From positions 76,384,001 to 76,448,000 of the forward strand of contig CM052822.1 in the NCBI GenBank assembly GCA_028534125.1: DNA of 64,000 nucleotides, written 5' to 3'. The notes beneath the pieces were generated by a model. The model searched no databases and was not told where the DNA came from. It saw only the letters and a program-made list of their open reading frames with translations. A program made the position numbers and the translations under genes. Positions 39,925 through 52,139 of the stretch are shown here, piece after piece. The stretch comes from Lama glama. Taxonomy: Eukaryota. How positions within the stretch are numbered: the first letter of the stretch is position 1; each line of letters starts with the position of its first letter.

Positions 39925-40290
39925 TCCTGGGCGCGGGGGCTGCCGTAACAAAGTGCAGCAGACTGGGCCCCTTAAGCACAGAAATGTCCGCCCTCGCAGT
40001 TCTAAACGCCAGAAGTCCGGGATCGAGGTGTCAGCAGGGTGGGACTCCCTCTGAAGGCCTCCTCCCAACGCCTGGTGGTCCCTTGGTTTGGGGCAGCTAA
40101 ACCCCGTCCTTGCATGCCTGTCTGTGTCCACGCGTCCCCTTTTTATGAGGACACCCCAGACCCTGTATCAGGACCTACCCTAACGACCTCATTGTCATTT
40201 GATCATCTGTGATGAGGAGGTAAAGACCTCCAAACCAGGCCCCAGTCAGAAGTGAGGGGGTGAGTTAGGACTGCGGTGGGCGGTGCTGTG
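39925..40290. mobile_element. MLT1-type MaLR LTR remnant
   Basis: ggctgccgtaacaaag...cagttcta...cagaagtcc..gatcgaggtgtcagcagggt, and cttttatgaggacacc. Confidence 0.75.
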
Positions 40291-40748
40291 ACCCAATTCA
40301 GCACATAAGAGCAGCGGGTTTCCCACCAGGGAAAAACTGGGGTGTGTGGGAGGGAAAGAAATCACAGGGGCTGGAGGGACAGTCACAAAGACAGAGGAGC
40401 CCCCCCAGGACTGCAGGAGCCTGTGGTTCTGTGAGTCTGCCCTGCCCCTCCCACCCTGTCCCCCTCCAGGGGGAGCAGCTCCAGGGGCCAGGGTGGCGAG
40501 CAGACAAGAGCTGGGCCTCGCTGTGCCCTCTGTGCTCCTGGGAAGGATGCAGCTGCTGCCCCTGCCCCCCGACTCTGCGGGGCTCCGCCCCTCCTGACCG
40601 TCCGCCTGGCTACACGCTGGACCCCCAGGGTCAGCCCCAGGCATCTGCAGCACTTGACCCCTGGGCTTATTAACCACACCCCACGGGAGCAATCTGGCTA
40701 CAGAGAGAAAACAAAAATAATGTCCCCCATTTGGGGTTGTGAATGGGT

Positions 40749-41060
40749 GTTTTTTTAAAGTATAGTTGATTTACAATGTTGTGTTAGTTTCTGGTGTACA
40801 GCACAGTGATTCAGTTATGCATCTGTATTTTTTCTTTTCCATTATTAGTTATTGCACACTGTTGAATAATTCCCAGTGCCATACAGTAGGTCCTTGTTGT
40901 TCATCTATTTTGTATATAGTAGTTTGTATCTGCTAATCCCAGAAGCCCAATTTATCCCTCCCTGTTCCCCTTTCCCCTTTGGTAACCAGAGTTTGTTTTC
41001 TTTGTAAGTATGTCTCTGTTTTACAGATAAATACGTTTGTGTGTCGGTATGTTTTAGACA
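40749..41060 (-). mobile_element. Cetartiodactyl L1 3' end fragment
   Basis: ttttaaagtatagttgatttacaatgttgtgttagtttctggtgtacagcacagtgattcagttat...atacagtaggtccttgttg. Confidence 0.88.
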
Positions 41061-41504
41061 AAATGTGTTGTAAACTGTAAACTTCTACATTGGATCATGG
41101 GGTCCAAAGTTGTGGAGTGAGGAACCCCCGCTCAAGAGCTGGGAACGGGGCCAAAGCAGACTCAGAGCAAGGGAGATGGGGTTGGCAGGTGGAGTGCAGT
41201 GGCTCGGGCACGTCCCGGGTCAGAAGCTGTGCCTCCCTCACTGGGACCACCTGCCCACCCACAGCCCACCATGGCACCCGGCGACCACGTCCCTCAGGTC
41301 CCAGAAGATCCCAGCTTTCCCCTCTGGGGAAATTCTGCCCTGTTCTGTCCCTGGTCCCGTTCAGGCCATGACCCTGGCTCTCCAAAGTGGCCACCGGCTG
41401 ATCTGATTTATTTTTGTGCACATGCTCAGGGCCTGAGAGCAGCTGCTGAGCATGCCCACTTTGCATTCCAGCTGTGGAAGGAAGGACAATTCAAAGCGAA
41501 CAGG

Positions 41505-41850
41505 TCTATGAAGTTAACGTCCTGTGTCGACTTGCCTGGGCCATAGTCCCCAGATAGTTAGTCAAACACTGTCCTAGATGTTCTGTGAAGGTGTATTTTA
41601 GATGAGCTTAAACTTAAACCAGTGGACTTTGAGTAAAACGGATTGCCCTCCAAATGTGGGTGGGCCTCGCCCAATCAGTTGAAGGTCTTAAGAGCAAAGG
41701 GCTGTAGTCCCCTGAGGAAGGGTGGTTCTGTCAGAAAACGGCCATCAGTCGCGGGCAGCAGCAGCAGCTTTTCCCTGGATTTCCAGCCCTGCTGACTTCA
41801 GAATCCTCAGCCCCATGATCCCATGACCTAATCCTTAAACTCTCTCTTGA
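41505..41850. mobile_element. MLT2-type (ERVL) LTR remnant
   Basis: tgtgtcgacttgcctgggcc...gactttgagtaaaacggattgccctccaaatgtgggtgggcctcgcccaatcagttgaagg. Confidence 0.8.
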
Positions 41851-41854
41851 GGGC

Positions 41855-41935
41855 ACGGTTCCCTAACACAGGCACAACTGATATTTGGGGGCTGGGTAAT
41901 ACCTCATTGCTGGGCTGTCCCGTGCTCTGTGGGGA
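41855..41935. mobile_element. MER20-like hAT-Charlie fragment
   Basis: ttccctaacacaggcacaactgatatttgggggctgggtaat...gggctgtcccgtgctctgt. Confidence 0.55.
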
Positions 41936-42959
41936 GTCAGGACATGTGCAGAAGCAAGGGCAGGGGCGTCGCCTCTACACCCTCACAGCTAGATTTGGAT
42001 GTGGGTTTTCTGTATGGCCACCATCAGAAAAGGCCTGTTGCAGCCGGATGGAGACAGCCCCCAAAGGTGGGAAATGAGAGGCCACCCTCGGCGGAGATGG
42101 AGTGAGCGGAGCCCAACTCCTGCCCCCAGGAAGCCCAGTGCGGGAGCAGATGGACAAAAAACAAGGTACATTTGTTTCATTGGAAGACGAGAGGCCCAGA
42201 GGGAGAGCAGAGTGGGAGAAGTGGGTGGGCACGCCGAAGGGGGGGGGCATTTTAACAGACGGGTCCAGGAAAGCCCCGTTGTGGGCTACCATTTCCACAG
42301 AGGCCTGGAGGAGGGGAGGGACAGGGTGCTCAGGGCAGGACCCCAGGTTCAGGGGCCAGGGGCCACATGAGTGAAACTGGAAGCAGATTCCCCAGCTCTC
42401 TGGTGACTGCAGCCTGGCAGGGCTTGACTGCAAATTCACAAGGTTCCCCAGACAGAGCCAGCCAGCTAAGTGGCAGCCGGTTACCTGAGCCTCGGAAACC
42501 AGGTAACTGTTGGAGGTTTTAAGCTGCTAAATGCTGAGGTTACTGGCTGCACAGCAGTGTTACGTACCACAGCCCCAGACACTAGCCGTCTGAGCCCAGA
42601 CTCACAAGGAAGCCACTGAACGGCCCCCGCTGGTCCTCAGACACGTGGCCTCCGGCTAAGCGCGAACTTCTCCAGCCCAGAGAGCCACGCCCAGAAGCAG
42701 GAACGCTGCACGCCTTTGGGAGGCAGGGACTAACCAAGAGGGGATGACGACGGGGCCGTGGGCGGGAGCTCCTGGAGTCCTGCACGGCCTGCAGTAGTCA
42801 GTAAACTGAGGCACAGGATTCTTTTTAAACCAAAGAGCTGGAAGGATGCCTGACAATCTGCATTTCAACTTTCTTAAACTACAACCTGAAAAATCTTTGG
42901 GAAAACAGGTTTCCAGGCACTGGAAGTGAACCTGCTTCAGTCCGTGGGAACGTGACTTG

Positions 42960-43560
42960 TGGGCCAAAGCGCCCCAGGGCAGCGGGTGGCCGTGAGGGGC
43001 CAGGGTGAGGCCCTCCTGCGCCTGCGCCGTTCGCTCCCGATGCGCCCAGGGCGGCGCAGCACGCGCTCCTGGCGGGGTGGGCGGGCCCTGGCGGAGGCGA
43101 AGCGCGGAACCCCGGGGGGCGGGCGGGGCTCCGCCAGCCCCGTCAGAGCCCCCGGGAGCCGCGGGCCGCGCTCACGGTGAGGCTGCGCCCGGGCGCTTCC
43201 AGACGCCGGAACAGAAGCAGCGCGCGGCCGCAGGTGGCGCAGGGACCTCGGTGTCTCCAGGGCTGCACGCTCGGGCGGCCAGCAGGGGGCGCGCAGGACA
43301 CGCGGAGCCCGCGTCCGGGAGGAGAGGAGGCCTGGCGCGGGGCGGCTGGGAGCCAGGAGCTGCGGGGCTCAGCCCCGGGACGGGATGGCGGAGCGACCGA
43401 GCTGGGTGAGGACGCGGGCCTGGATCAGAGCTGCGGCCGGCCAACGCGCTAGCGAAGGGAGCCAGGGGCGCGGGGGCCTGGCAGGAAGCGCAGGGCACTT
43501 CGCTGCCACCCGAGGGCTGCACCCGCCCAGCTTTACGGCTCTGTCCGTCTCGTGTCCCCT
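42960..43560. promoter_or_regulatory. CpG-island-like element with NRF1-like (43017-43027) and CTCF-like (43276-43294) motifs
   Basis: Very dense CpG, TGCGCCTGCGC, CGGCCAGCAGGGGGCGCGC and GC boxes. Confidence 0.7.
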
Positions 43561-46439
43561 CCTCGTGCTCTGGAGCTGAAGCTGCAACCGGAAGCATACC
43601 AAAGACAAGGAGCCCCCACTGCAAGGAGCCCCCACCCAGGTCCTGGGTGAGCTGCTCAGGGACCCGGCACGCCCTGGTCAGCCCTTGTTGAGTCCCTATC
43701 ATAGGCCGGCTTGGGGTGAGGAAGCAGCTGGGGACTAAGGAAAACCCTGGATCACATCAGGGCACATTTGCCCTCTACCGCAGGCCATGTCCCCTCCTGC
43801 AGCACATGTCACGATTCCATTTCCCGACCCGCTGGTGAGCCCCTAAGGCCCCAGAGAACCCCTGGGGTACCAGCGGCAGGCCCCGGCCTTGTGTGGAGAG
43901 TGATGCCCAGAACACCTGATGACCACACACCCTCCAGCGGAACCCCCGGAAGCTCAGACAGCTGAGGACTGTGAGGCTGTGGGTACTTAGTCAAATTCAC
44001 GTCATCTGCCTTCACTTCTCAAGATCGTTTTAAGACTCGCACATCCTTCACGCAGCACGTGGCCTAAACAAGATGTTTTCTGGAGTTTTCTAGGAACTTG
44101 AAGTCAGCTGCATCTGGTTCCAGCTGAGCTGGTTGAGACTGGATGGGACCACCGATCTTCCAACTGGGCCTGCGCGAGCATCCGCAGGGCCCTTGTGACC
44201 GTGGGGAGGCTCGCAGCCCAGTTACGCCTGCGCAGAACAGCGGTTCGGCACCTGTTTCCCGTAACTTTCCTCGCGCTTCGCACGCCGGTCCGCCCCAGCC
44301 TGCCCTCCTCCTTGTTGTCTGTCTGACACAAACCCCAGCCCCTTGCCCTCCCGGAGGCAGATCTGAGATTCTTCCCCCGTCTTCCTGCTTGGCCGCCTTG
44401 TAACAGACGCCCGCGTCTGGGCACTCGGCTGGCTGTGCTCCAGGCAGAGGGAACCTGCTGGGTGGCAAGCTCCGCACCTCCGCCAGGACGCCGGAGCCCA
44501 GGGCCGCGGACGCCCGGCTACGTCCGCCGCTTTGCCGTTTTGGAGACATCAGGTAATGTCGGCTTCAGGCGGACTGTCCTTCTTTGGGGTGTCTCTGTGA
44601 GTAAAACGTGCATGGCCCGAGTCCTGGGCGCTCCGTCGGGCCCCCACGGCCCTTGGCGGCGGCTGTACCCTCGCCCGGCCTCACTGGTTTCCAGCCGTTC
44701 ATTGAAGCTGAGAGTCTGTCATCCTGCGGTGTGTCTGGTTCTTTCTGGAATAAGCAGTGTCCGTACAGGGGCTTCTCCTGGGGCCAGGGGTCGGAGGGAG
44801 TGCAGGGGGTCGGGGAGGAGAAGAGGGGATTGGGGAGGAGGGGGGAGGGGGTCTAATGAGGGCTGATAACTGAGCAGCTGATGAGCAACTATGAGTTCGG
44901 CTGTAGGTGCTGAAACACGGTGAGTGACAGTCTGTGGGTTAGCGGGTAAGCCCTCTCTTCTCTGCATTTTTTAAAGATGTTTTCCCGCAGGGGCTGCTTT
45001 TGTTGCCTGTGATTCACTGGTCCCAAAGCAGCAGTGTTGCTGGTTTTCCTGAGCTGTGAAAGCAGGAGTTTGGGGGCCCTATGAGGCATTGCAGTCTAGC
45101 TGTGAATTGCGCTCTGGTAACCAGTTCTTAGGCTCTGATACGATTGTGTCCAAACACAGAAGGTAACTTTGTTCCGTATTATACACAGGCAGGTTTTTAA
45201 AAGTTCAAACCTTTCTCTGGGTGAAATAGATGCGTGTGCAAAGGCGGCAGCATGGTGTACTGTCTGCCAGCCCTTCTCTGGATAACCTTCCATGTGCAAA
45301 GACATTTTCCTAAGGGAGAGGAGCATGACTGCCCGCAGCCCAAGCCTGGGGTCATCTCCTTTCTGTGTCTGATGGCACCAGGTGATAATGATGACAACAG
45401 TCATACCTAATCTCTGTATTAGAAAAAAAACATGCAAATAGGAGTAAGTTGGAAGAAAAAACAACTACTTTACATGAATATGCAAAACAAAGTTTCATGA
45501 TAAATCCCAACTGAAAATTATCAGGGCAGCTGAGAGTGCTGAAATAGTCCAGGGGAGATGCCCCGTGCCCCGTTCACGTTTCACCTCCGCAGTGTCGGTG
45601 CCGCACTGAAGCCCTATCCGGGAAAAACAAGAGAGCCGCTCAGGACAGTCAGCAGAGGGGAGCGCACAGACGGCGCTTGAACACGTTAGCGGCTGCACGT
45701 CTGTCAGTACAAGCCGCCGGCGTCTCTGGGCCCGCTGGCAGCGTGTCCCTCTGGCGGCTGTGGTGGGCGGCCCGGTCGGGGTCATGGTTAATCTGAGGTG
45801 CAGCTGACGCTGGAGTTTAGGTCCCAAATCCTGGAAGGTCAGGCCATGACCCTGGGCACACCTGTGCTCCCCTGACCTGAGGATGAGGTGCCTGTTTTGT
45901 TGTGGTTCTTAAGGTGGATCTGGGAGTCTGGTAAAGACCCCACAAAACGTCAAAGGGGACTGACACTGAGAACTTGTGAAAACCCCACCTGGTCCGCAGA
46001 TCCCCCCCAGCCAGGCAGCCATCAGCCGCGCAGTGGGCGGGGGTCAGAGGTCAGGGTGCTCCTCTTTCCCACTCAGCGGCCAAGGCCGACCCTGTGGAGA
46101 GAGGGCAGGAGGCTCTGTGTTGCTGGGTGTTCCCGGGAGACCTGCACCTCCATCCAGGTGAACACCCCGCTGTCATGCAGCACTGTCGTCGCCGTGTAGA
46201 CGGCTGTGCTGCTGTCACTGAAACCCGCCGATGCAGTGTGACCCCCAGGGTCTCATCGTCTGCCCTCCGGTAGCTTCCGCATGTCCCTGAGGAGAACGGC
46301 ATGTTCCTCTTGGTCCAGGACGGGAAAGTGGAGCCATGTGATCTTTGCGTGAGGACAGGAGGGAGTCCGGGAGCTGGCGGGATGGTTTCGGGTGGGTGGC
46401 AGCCCCTAGGTGCCCACCGTATGTCCTGTGGGAATCCAC

Positions 46440-47110
46440 GAGGTCGGTGCCACCCTCGGGGAGGGGTGGTGATGGGTGCTGCGCCGCCAGGCTCGTCGGG
46501 CCCGAGGCCATCGCCGACACGTGGCGGGGTGTGCAGCAGCTCGCGCTCGTCTCCGCCGCACATCCAGCCGCTCGTCCAGCTGAGCCTCCCCGCAGGGCAG
46601 TGTTTGCCGTGCTTTCGCCTCGTGGAGAAAGTGCCACCTCACCTTTCCTTCCTGCACCGCAGAACCCGCTCCGGAGGCTCCGGCTCGTCCCCTCCGCTCC
46701 TCCAGGGGCCAGCGGGCCAGTTCCAAACCTCTGGTGCTCCCTCGGAGAGCAAGACGCCCAGCGCGACCCTGGCAGTTACACTCGGGGCTGCGCGAGCTGC
46801 GCGCCTCGCCCCTAAGTGCTCCTGTCAGGTGGCGGGGTTCTGACCCTCCCCTTGGGCGTCTCGGCCTCCCGCACGCCCCCGCTCCCTCCCCGGCGGCGCC
46901 ACCTTCCCTCAGCCGGCGACTTGGCGGAGCCGCAGAGGCGGCGGCCGCCGGCCCCCTTCCGGCAGCAGGGCCCCAGCACGTCCCCCGCGGCGCCCCAGGC
47001 GCCTGAGCCCCGGGCCCCGCGCCGCTGCGCGCACAGGGCCGCCCGGGTTTGCCCGCTGGGGTCTGGGTTCTCGGGACCTTTTTTACGGAGCCGCAGTCGG
47101 AGGTCCTGTC
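46440..47110. promoter_or_regulatory. CpG-island-like element
   Basis: Very dense CpG and GC-rich runs typical of promoter islands. Confidence 0.7.
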
Positions 47111-47598
47111 TTTCCCGAAGCGCTTCTCCACCCATTGTTGTGTCTGTCACACAATAAATGTGGGCTCTTTTCTGGCTCAAAACCCTTTTCAGATGTGATG
47201 TAAGCCACAGGAAAATGTGTACACACACGTGCGTGGACACGCTCTGATACGTTTTTTAGAATTTAATTCTACAAGTGAATTTGAGGCTTTGAACCCTTGG
47301 TTTTAAGAGAGTTCGGTGACAGCTTTAAAGACAGAAGGTTGATTAATCAATTAAAAAAAAAAAAGGTTGAGCTCAGCTTGCTCCTCGCCCCTTAACTGCT
47401 CACTGGCTTAACTGTGTTATCCATCTCCTTTTCTTGTTTATTTTTTTAAATTATGAAATACACATAAAACTTTCTAGAACAGCCATTCTAAAAAACTGAT
47501 TCAGTGTTTTTATATATTGTTAGACAGTCATCACGGTAAGTCTAGTTAACATCGATCACCATACGTAGTTACCCGAGATACCTTTTTTTGTATATATA

Positions 47599-47904
47599 TT
47601 TTTTTCTTGAAGTACAGTCAGTTTACAATGTTGTGTCAGTTTCTGGTGGACAGCATAATGTTTCAGTCATACATCAACATACATATATTCGTTTTCATAT
47701 CCTTGTTCATTATAGGTCACTACAAGATACTGAATAGAGTTCCCTGTGCTATACAGTAGGACCTTGCTGTTTATCTATTTTATATACAGTAGTTAGTATC
47801 TGCATGTCTCAAACTCCCAATTTATCCCTCCCCATCCCCTTCCCCCATGGTAACCATAAGTTTGTTTTCTGTCTCTGAGTCTTTCTGTTTTGTGAATTTT
47901 TTTT
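47599..47904 (-). mobile_element. Cetartiodactyl/camelid L1 3' end abutting the gap
   Basis: gaagtacagtcagtttacaatgttgtgtcagtttctggt...gttccctgtgctatacagtagg...aaactcccaatttatccctcc...ggtaaccataagtttgttttct. Confidence 0.9.
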
Positions 47905-48404
47905 NNNNNNNNNNNNNNNNNNNNNNNNNNNNNNNNNNNNNNNNNNNNNNNNNNNNNNNNNNNNNNNNNNNNNNNNNNNNNNNNNNNNNNNNNNNNNNNN
48001 NNNNNNNNNNNNNNNNNNNNNNNNNNNNNNNNNNNNNNNNNNNNNNNNNNNNNNNNNNNNNNNNNNNNNNNNNNNNNNNNNNNNNNNNNNNNNNNNNNNN
48101 NNNNNNNNNNNNNNNNNNNNNNNNNNNNNNNNNNNNNNNNNNNNNNNNNNNNNNNNNNNNNNNNNNNNNNNNNNNNNNNNNNNNNNNNNNNNNNNNNNNN
48201 NNNNNNNNNNNNNNNNNNNNNNNNNNNNNNNNNNNNNNNNNNNNNNNNNNNNNNNNNNNNNNNNNNNNNNNNNNNNNNNNNNNNNNNNNNNNNNNNNNNN
48301 NNNNNNNNNNNNNNNNNNNNNNNNNNNNNNNNNNNNNNNNNNNNNNNNNNNNNNNNNNNNNNNNNNNNNNNNNNNNNNNNNNNNNNNNNNNNNNNNNNNN
48401 NNNN
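47905..48404. other. Assembly gap (500 N)
   Basis: N run. Confidence 1.
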
Positions 48405-48795
48405 TGCCCCAGTCCCTGGGGCTCCTGGAGCTGAGCCCTGCTGGCCTTCAAAACCAGATGTCCTGCGGTCTCCTCCTCCTCCCAGTGCCAGGACCCGGGC
48501 TGGGGAGCCTGACGTGGGGCTTGGAACTCCCTCCTGTGGGAGGGCCTCTGCGACTAAACTGTCCTTCAGCTCGTGGGCGGCCCCCCTGGGCGGAATGGGC
48601 CCGATCATACTGTGGGCACGCCCCTCGTGCTGTCCTGCTGTGGTTCCCTTTCTCATGTCTCCAGCTGAAGATCTTTTTTGCCAGGTTTCTCTTTTTTCCC
48701 AATGGCTGCTTAGCATGCAGTTGTGGTTTGCTGGTTGTCACGGGGAGAGGTGAGCTCATGGTCCTACCACTCTGCCATCTTGACTGGAAGTCCTC
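48405..48795 (-). mobile_element. L1 5' UTR (cetartiodactyl type) abutting the gap
   Basis: Minus strand begins gaggacttccagtCAAGATGGCagag (YY1-type motif, 48774-48782), then tgagctcacctc...agccccacgtcaggctccccagcc, matching the recalled artiodactyl L1 5' end. Confidence 0.8.
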
Positions 48796-49998
48796 GGATT
48801 TAGTTTTTTTCGTATTGATTTTCATATTGATGATTTATTCTTTCCTAGGCTGTACTATCAGGGAATTTTAAGTTTGGTTCTAACTTTGCTACAAATAGTA
48901 AACTTCAAAATCTTTTTCTAAGTCTTAATTCCTCATTTGTAAGATTAGACTACATGACCTTTGAACTTTAAAATGTGTACTTTTATTAACACTAAAGATA
49001 CCAAAGGCCAAGAAGACACAGATGTAAAATACGTTAACTCACCCATGCCTTGTCCTCACGAGTAGTGAGGAGTTAGTTCAGTCAGAAGAGCACAGGGCCC
49101 ATGGGGACAGGGTGTGCCCCTGACGTCTCCGTGGGTCCCCTGACCATGCCGCCTGCCTGTCCTTGGGCAGCTGTGTTCATTCCACTACCTAAAGGGTGGG
49201 GTGTGAGAAGGCGCGAGCAGAGCACAGGGCCAAGCACGGCAGCACAGCTGGGGGTGCGCGCCCTGTGCCGGGACGGGGACGGGGCGGGGGGGGTGGTGGT
49301 TAGGGTTCAGTGCCCTCTGACTGGGGTGTAAATACCCAAAACGAGAAACAACACTGGCACTGAAGTGAAGCTCGTTCCCGGGCCACACGCCGCCTCTGCT
49401 CCAGCCAGACGGGGGCTGAGGACGTGGGGTGGGCTTAGGGGTTCTGTCCTGACGGCACCCGCGCCTGCACGTCGAGGAAGCCCCCGCTGCTGCTCGAGCC
49501 GACGGGGCTGCAGGTCCGTCCCACTGGAGCGCCTCCACGGGGAGAGACGCCACTGGATTTATACTCTGCGCTGCTTCACTAGCGAGGCTCCGAGAACACT
49601 CCGTACCAAGTGTCAGTGCCAGCAAAGGGGGTTCACGTCTGGTGCTCTGCGCAGCGGGGGTCACACGCTGTCCCCCCACCTGATGTTCACAGGACACTCC
49701 TGGCCTCCCCTCACTTTCCTGTCTGCTGTACTGCAGGTGGAACCTCATTCAACAGCCACGTTTCCAAACAAAGTACAGTGATCAGGACACGACAAAGCAG
49801 GGGCCCAGAGCTTACTTTCCTACTGACACCATCCAAACCACCACAGCCTAATACGCAGAGCTACCCAGCCAATGTCTCACTGGGACATGGAATAAACTTA
49901 CAAATTTAAATGGACAACCGTGAGTTAAGAAACGAGCTAGATGTTTGCTGGGATGAAGGTGGAGATAAACTCGTTGAGGGCCCGCTGCTGCGACTCAC

Positions 49999-50167
49999 CA
50001 ATGAACTTCTGGCACCGGAAGCACTCCTCCAGCCACTCCGGAGTCACGATGTGCTTCACCACGGACACAGCCGTCAGGAACTTCACCGTGCGTGTCACCT
50101 TGCTGGCAATGAGGTGGGTGCACTTCTGCGCAGACTCGGCGACCTCCCCGCCAAGGATGTAGAGCTT
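49999..50167 (-). CDS. PAXIP1: PAXIP1 exon: [56 protein letters not shown] (BRCT5); last PAXIP1 exon found
   Basis: CAG acceptor and G|GTGAGT donor. 169 bp. The frame continues with no stop, so downstream exons are required. Confidence 0.97.
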
Positions 50168-51146
50168 CTGGAGGTCATGGACACAGGTGAGAGCTAAGTC
50201 TGCAGAGCCACAGGCGTGGCTCTGAGGAAGCTAAGGTTACGGAGCATTCCTAGCTGTGGAAAGTGGTGCAGCTGGTAAGGCCAGACCAAGCCTCCGCCAC
50301 CACAGGAGAGAAGTAGAAACTAGAACTTCCAGTGTATGTTTCTATGATTGGCGCCCTGCAACAACTCAAGGTTAAAGGCTGAACTCACTGTTGGACACCA
50401 CTAAGGCCTTCCTGTGAATAAGTAAAACGCCCCGAGGACGGCGCAGCAGACGTAGGGAACAAACGTGCCCAGACTTAAAGCTGAAGTGAGTGTCAGTGAG
50501 GCACATTAAGATAGTCTCTATTTTAAAAAATGACATAAAAATTGACTAAGATGACTATAAAGGATGGTCTTAATAACTACTCAATTTTAAAGGTAAAAAA
50601 TTGTACTAAATTCATAATGGCGTTTATAATTGTTTTTCTTTAAAAAAAAAGTAAAATGTATGAATCCAACGTGATACAGGTCAATTTATACTCTTAATCA
50701 ACAACCTCCCCTCCCCAAAATAACAAAACAAAATCCCATAAGCCCTCATACTGTTATTTCAAGAAGTGTATTATCTAAATACACAAATCCAGCTCTCTGG
50801 CACTGGCCTGTCCTTCCCAAGAAAACCAACCTCGAGAAGACCGCGGACTCGGAACCTGAAGCCGCGGCTGCTGCGTGCATGTGTTTGAGAATGATGTTGC
50901 CGCAGCCTTGCAGACGCTCACACGATTATAAAAATGCTCTTGGTCTACTCACCTGAACCCCTTTTCTACTAAAAGTAAGTGGGAAGTCACTGATTTAATG
51001 ACTTTAAACACTATTACAAACAGTTTATAAATACACATTATAAACACTGGTATAAGTTATTCCTGATTAAATGTTGGTTTAATAAAACTGCTGGCCGAAA
51101 GCAAATGTAAGCAGAAATCATCATGCGAAATAAAGTAAAATGTTAC

Positions 51147-51249
51147 CTTAATATACTGTTGAACTTGAACAGGCTCAAATCCAGTGAAAAGCACAAAAGG
51201 GGTCAATTCTGGTGTTAACTTTTTGGTGGGTGGTGGTATATCTTCAATT
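51147..51249 (-). CDS. PAXIP1: PAXIP1 exon: [34 protein letters not shown] (start of BRCT5)
   Basis: ttttatag acceptor and AAG|GTAACA donor. 103 bp. Confidence 0.96.
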
Positions 51250-52139
51250 CTATAAAATAAAAATACACAGAATGGTGATTTCATTGTAACAGTAAAAGTG
51301 TTCTTTAGAAAATAGGGACTTAACCAGCTTTAACAGCTTTCAGTGTGTGTGGTTTCTTCCCTTCATGGGCCGTGACTTGCCTGCCCTGCCCTTTCCACCA
51401 TTTTCCCACCGTCACCCCTGAAGGACTGTGGCGCCTCCAAGGGAAGCAGCCCCTCACCTAATGGTTGAGATGCAGAGTCCCCACTTCCTCGCCGGTCCCC
51501 GCCCCAGGCCTCTAGCTCATGGTTCTAACACCAGAGTCCACGTCTTCCTGCTCCCAGCTTGTCTTCCGCCCGCCCCGTCTGCTGCCAGGAGGCACGGACT
51601 CAACCACACGTTTTAAATTGAACCTCTCAGTCTTTTTACATTTCCTTAAATTTCAAATCCAAGGATCAAGGATTTCCTTGAATTTCAAATATAAGCTGTC
51701 TTAGCTTATATTTGAGACAGTCTATTAAAAAATTTTTGTTTGTGGCACTTTGATGGCAGTCTTTAAAATATATAATCACACAATTAGGCTTTTACTAAAA
51801 TATCCAGTAATTCATAGGGAAGGAAAAAGGTGAAGACACTGGCAGCTGCAGCAGACGATGCTCCCCAGCACCAGGGCTGCCCGGGCCACGCCCTCCTAAG
51901 TAGCCCGCCAGCCTGTCTCTACCAGCTGAGACCGGGACAGTCTGCGCGCCCATGCCCAACCCAGGGGCCTGCGGAGGGGTCTCCACCCCTCCCACCTGGT
52001 CCTGCTGTGTCACCCTCCCGTCAAGGGTCAGGACACAGACCCCAAGGGCACAATGAAGTTGCAGTCCGAGGGGGCATTCCACACAGCAGCTCGTGTCTTG
52101 TACACTAGGGGTGCTGGTGCAGCTTTGGGCAAAGACAAC

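Noticed and set aside
47793-48716. Long ORFs spanning N runs (also 30201-31035)
   Set aside because: Artefacts of translating assembly gaps.
49910-50197. 95-aa protein-like + strand ORF ([11 protein letters not shown]...)
   Set aside because: Antisense shadow of PAXIP1 exon 49999-50167.
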